Positions 62,290-64,000 of a DNA stretch of 64,000 nt are shown here, in pieces; the first letter of the stretch is position 1; each line of letters begins with the position of its first letter. The notes beneath the pieces were generated by a model. It saw nothing but the letters and a program-made list of their open reading frames with translations, searched no databases and was not told the DNA's origin. The translations under genes were made by a program, and so were the position numbers. The stretch is from Mobula hypostoma (Eukaryota), in NCBI RefSeq assembly GCF_963921235.1, contig NC_086106.1, forward strand, positions 25,048,001-25,112,000, given 5' to 3'.

Positions 62290-64000
62290 TCATAGATTAG
62301 ATTAGATGTAACGTTATCGTCATTGTGCCTAGTACAGAAGCAAAGCCAATGAAATGCAGTTAGCATCTGACCAGAAATGCAAAGAATCGTGTTACTTAGA
62401 AAATAACTGCGAATAAAAAGAAAGTGCTACAGCTCACAAATATAAAAGTATTGAGACAGTGCAAAATGGGTGCATTCCTGCTTAGCGCTGTGATGTGAAG
62501 TTTACCGGGGGCACAGCCTCAGGGAAGAAGCTCTTCCTGTGCCTGCCGGTGCGGGAGCGGAGGGTCCTGTAGCGCCTACCGGATGGGAGGAGAGTAAAAA
62601 ATCCATGGTTAGGGTGAGATGCTTCCATGATAATGCCCTGCCCAGGCAGCGTTTATGGTAAATATGCTCAATGGTGTGCAAATGGGTGCTGATAATCCGC
62701 TGGGCAGTTTTCACCACACGCAGGCGTGCTTTGCGGTCCGATACTAGACAATTGCCATATGTTCTCAATGTATGTTCTCAATGGTATGGGGGTAAAAGTC
62801 CGTCAGTATCCAGGGGCAGATTTGAGCTTCCTTGATGCTCCGCAGGAAATAAGGCGCTGTTGTGCCTTTTTGATCAGGATGGAGGAGTTCAGGGACCAGC
62901 TGAGATCCTCGGAAATGTGGAAACCAAGGAATTTGAAGCTTGATACACGCTCCACTACAGATCCGATGGGGAGGTGAGTGTGGCTCCTAGCATGCCTGAA
63001 GTCCACAATGATCTCCTTAGTCTTCTGGGTGTTGAGGGCCAGGATGTTGTCGGCACACTACGCAGCCAGTTGCCGGAACTTGTCCCTGTAGGCCGTCTCG
63101 GCATCCTCTCTGATCAGGGCAATCAACGTGGCGTCTTCTGCGAACTAGATTATGGAGTTAGGACCATGTACAAGAACGCAGTCATTGGGGAAAAGGCAGT
63201 ACAGATGAGGGCTCAGCACATAGCCTTGAAGCACGCCAGTGTTCAAGGTGAGAGTGGAGGAGGAGAGGTTGTCTAATTTAACTGATTGGGGTCTGTTAAT
63301 TGGAAAGTCCATGGTCCAGTTACAGAGGGATGAGTTGATACGATGCTGGCAAAGTTTGGCCATCAGCTTGGAGGGGATCACAGTATTGAATGCAGAACTA
63401 AAGTCAATAAACAGCATTCTGACGCAGGAGTCGTGGCTTTCCAGGTGCGTGAGGACAGAGTGAAAAGCTTTGGAGATAGCGTCCTCTGTAGACCTGTTGT
63501 GCAATAGGCAAATTGATGGGGGTCCAGGGTAATCGGTAGACAGCATTTCAGATGTGATATAACCAGTCTGTCAAATAACTTTTCAATGATGAGGGTGAGT
63601 GCAACTGGACGGAAGTCATTCAGGCCTGTGGCAATGCAATGCTTTCGGCACTGGCACGATGGTGACGATCCTGAAGCTTGTAGGGACAACTGCCTGGGAC
63701 AGGAACAGATTAAAATGTCCATGAAGACCCCGGCCAGCTGGCCTGAACAGACTCTGAGCTCATGGCCAGGTTTTCCATCCGAACCAGTTGCCTTCCGTAC
63801 GTTCACCCTGCTCAGTGTGGCGCAAACTTAGAAGGTGGAAAGTCAGAGAGGCAGTTCTCCAAGTGGGAGATCCGCTTTGAAGGTGACCTCCTTCTTTTGT
63901 CGATCAAAGCGTAGAAGTAATTGAGCTCATCAGGGAGGGAAGTAGAGCTGGACGGGGCTCAGTACTAGGTGGTTTGAAGTCTGTAATGATCTGTATGCCA
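62290..64000 (-). mobile_element. Rex1/Babar LINE (paralog of 3190-5065)
   Basis: [21 protein letters not shown]; DPHQFAY; same insertion point as in copy 0. Confidence 0.85.

Larger units (their letters stand above)
49514..64000 (+). repeat. Segmental-duplication copy B (continues beyond the window)
   Basis: Begins inside the Penelope GIY-YIG segment equivalent to 35104. Colinear with copy A, then with copy 0 up to position ~4924. Confidence 0.92.

Overview
Cartilaginous-fish (elasmobranch-type) genomic DNA, mostly decayed retroelements (CR1, Rex1/Babar, Penelope, Gypsy, RTE-like). The key content is two complete, apparently intact NAR-TCR cassettes of the TCR-delta locus on the + strand: A at 38581-41349 and B at 53777-58064. 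Each is leader exon - IgNAR-like V (22-bp-spacer RSS) - one D (12/12 RSS) - J (23-RSS) - intron - leaderless supporting TCR-delta V (23-RSS). Splice phases are in frame throughout, and there is one extra Cys in each V domain. Unexpectedly, each supporting V carries a second, better-than-proximal 23-RSS starting 61 bp after the first. The cassettes lie in a tandem segmental duplication. The first ~5 kb is the tail of a third copy, predicting another cassette just left of the window. Copies A and B are fused at a truncated LTR of a Gmr1-like Gypsy element through a 6-bp microhomology. No TCR or Ig constant exons are in the window. There is a ~200-N assembly gap at 17909-18109. The species cannot be determined from the sequence. 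All alignments and counts were done by hand, and repeat boundaries are approximate.
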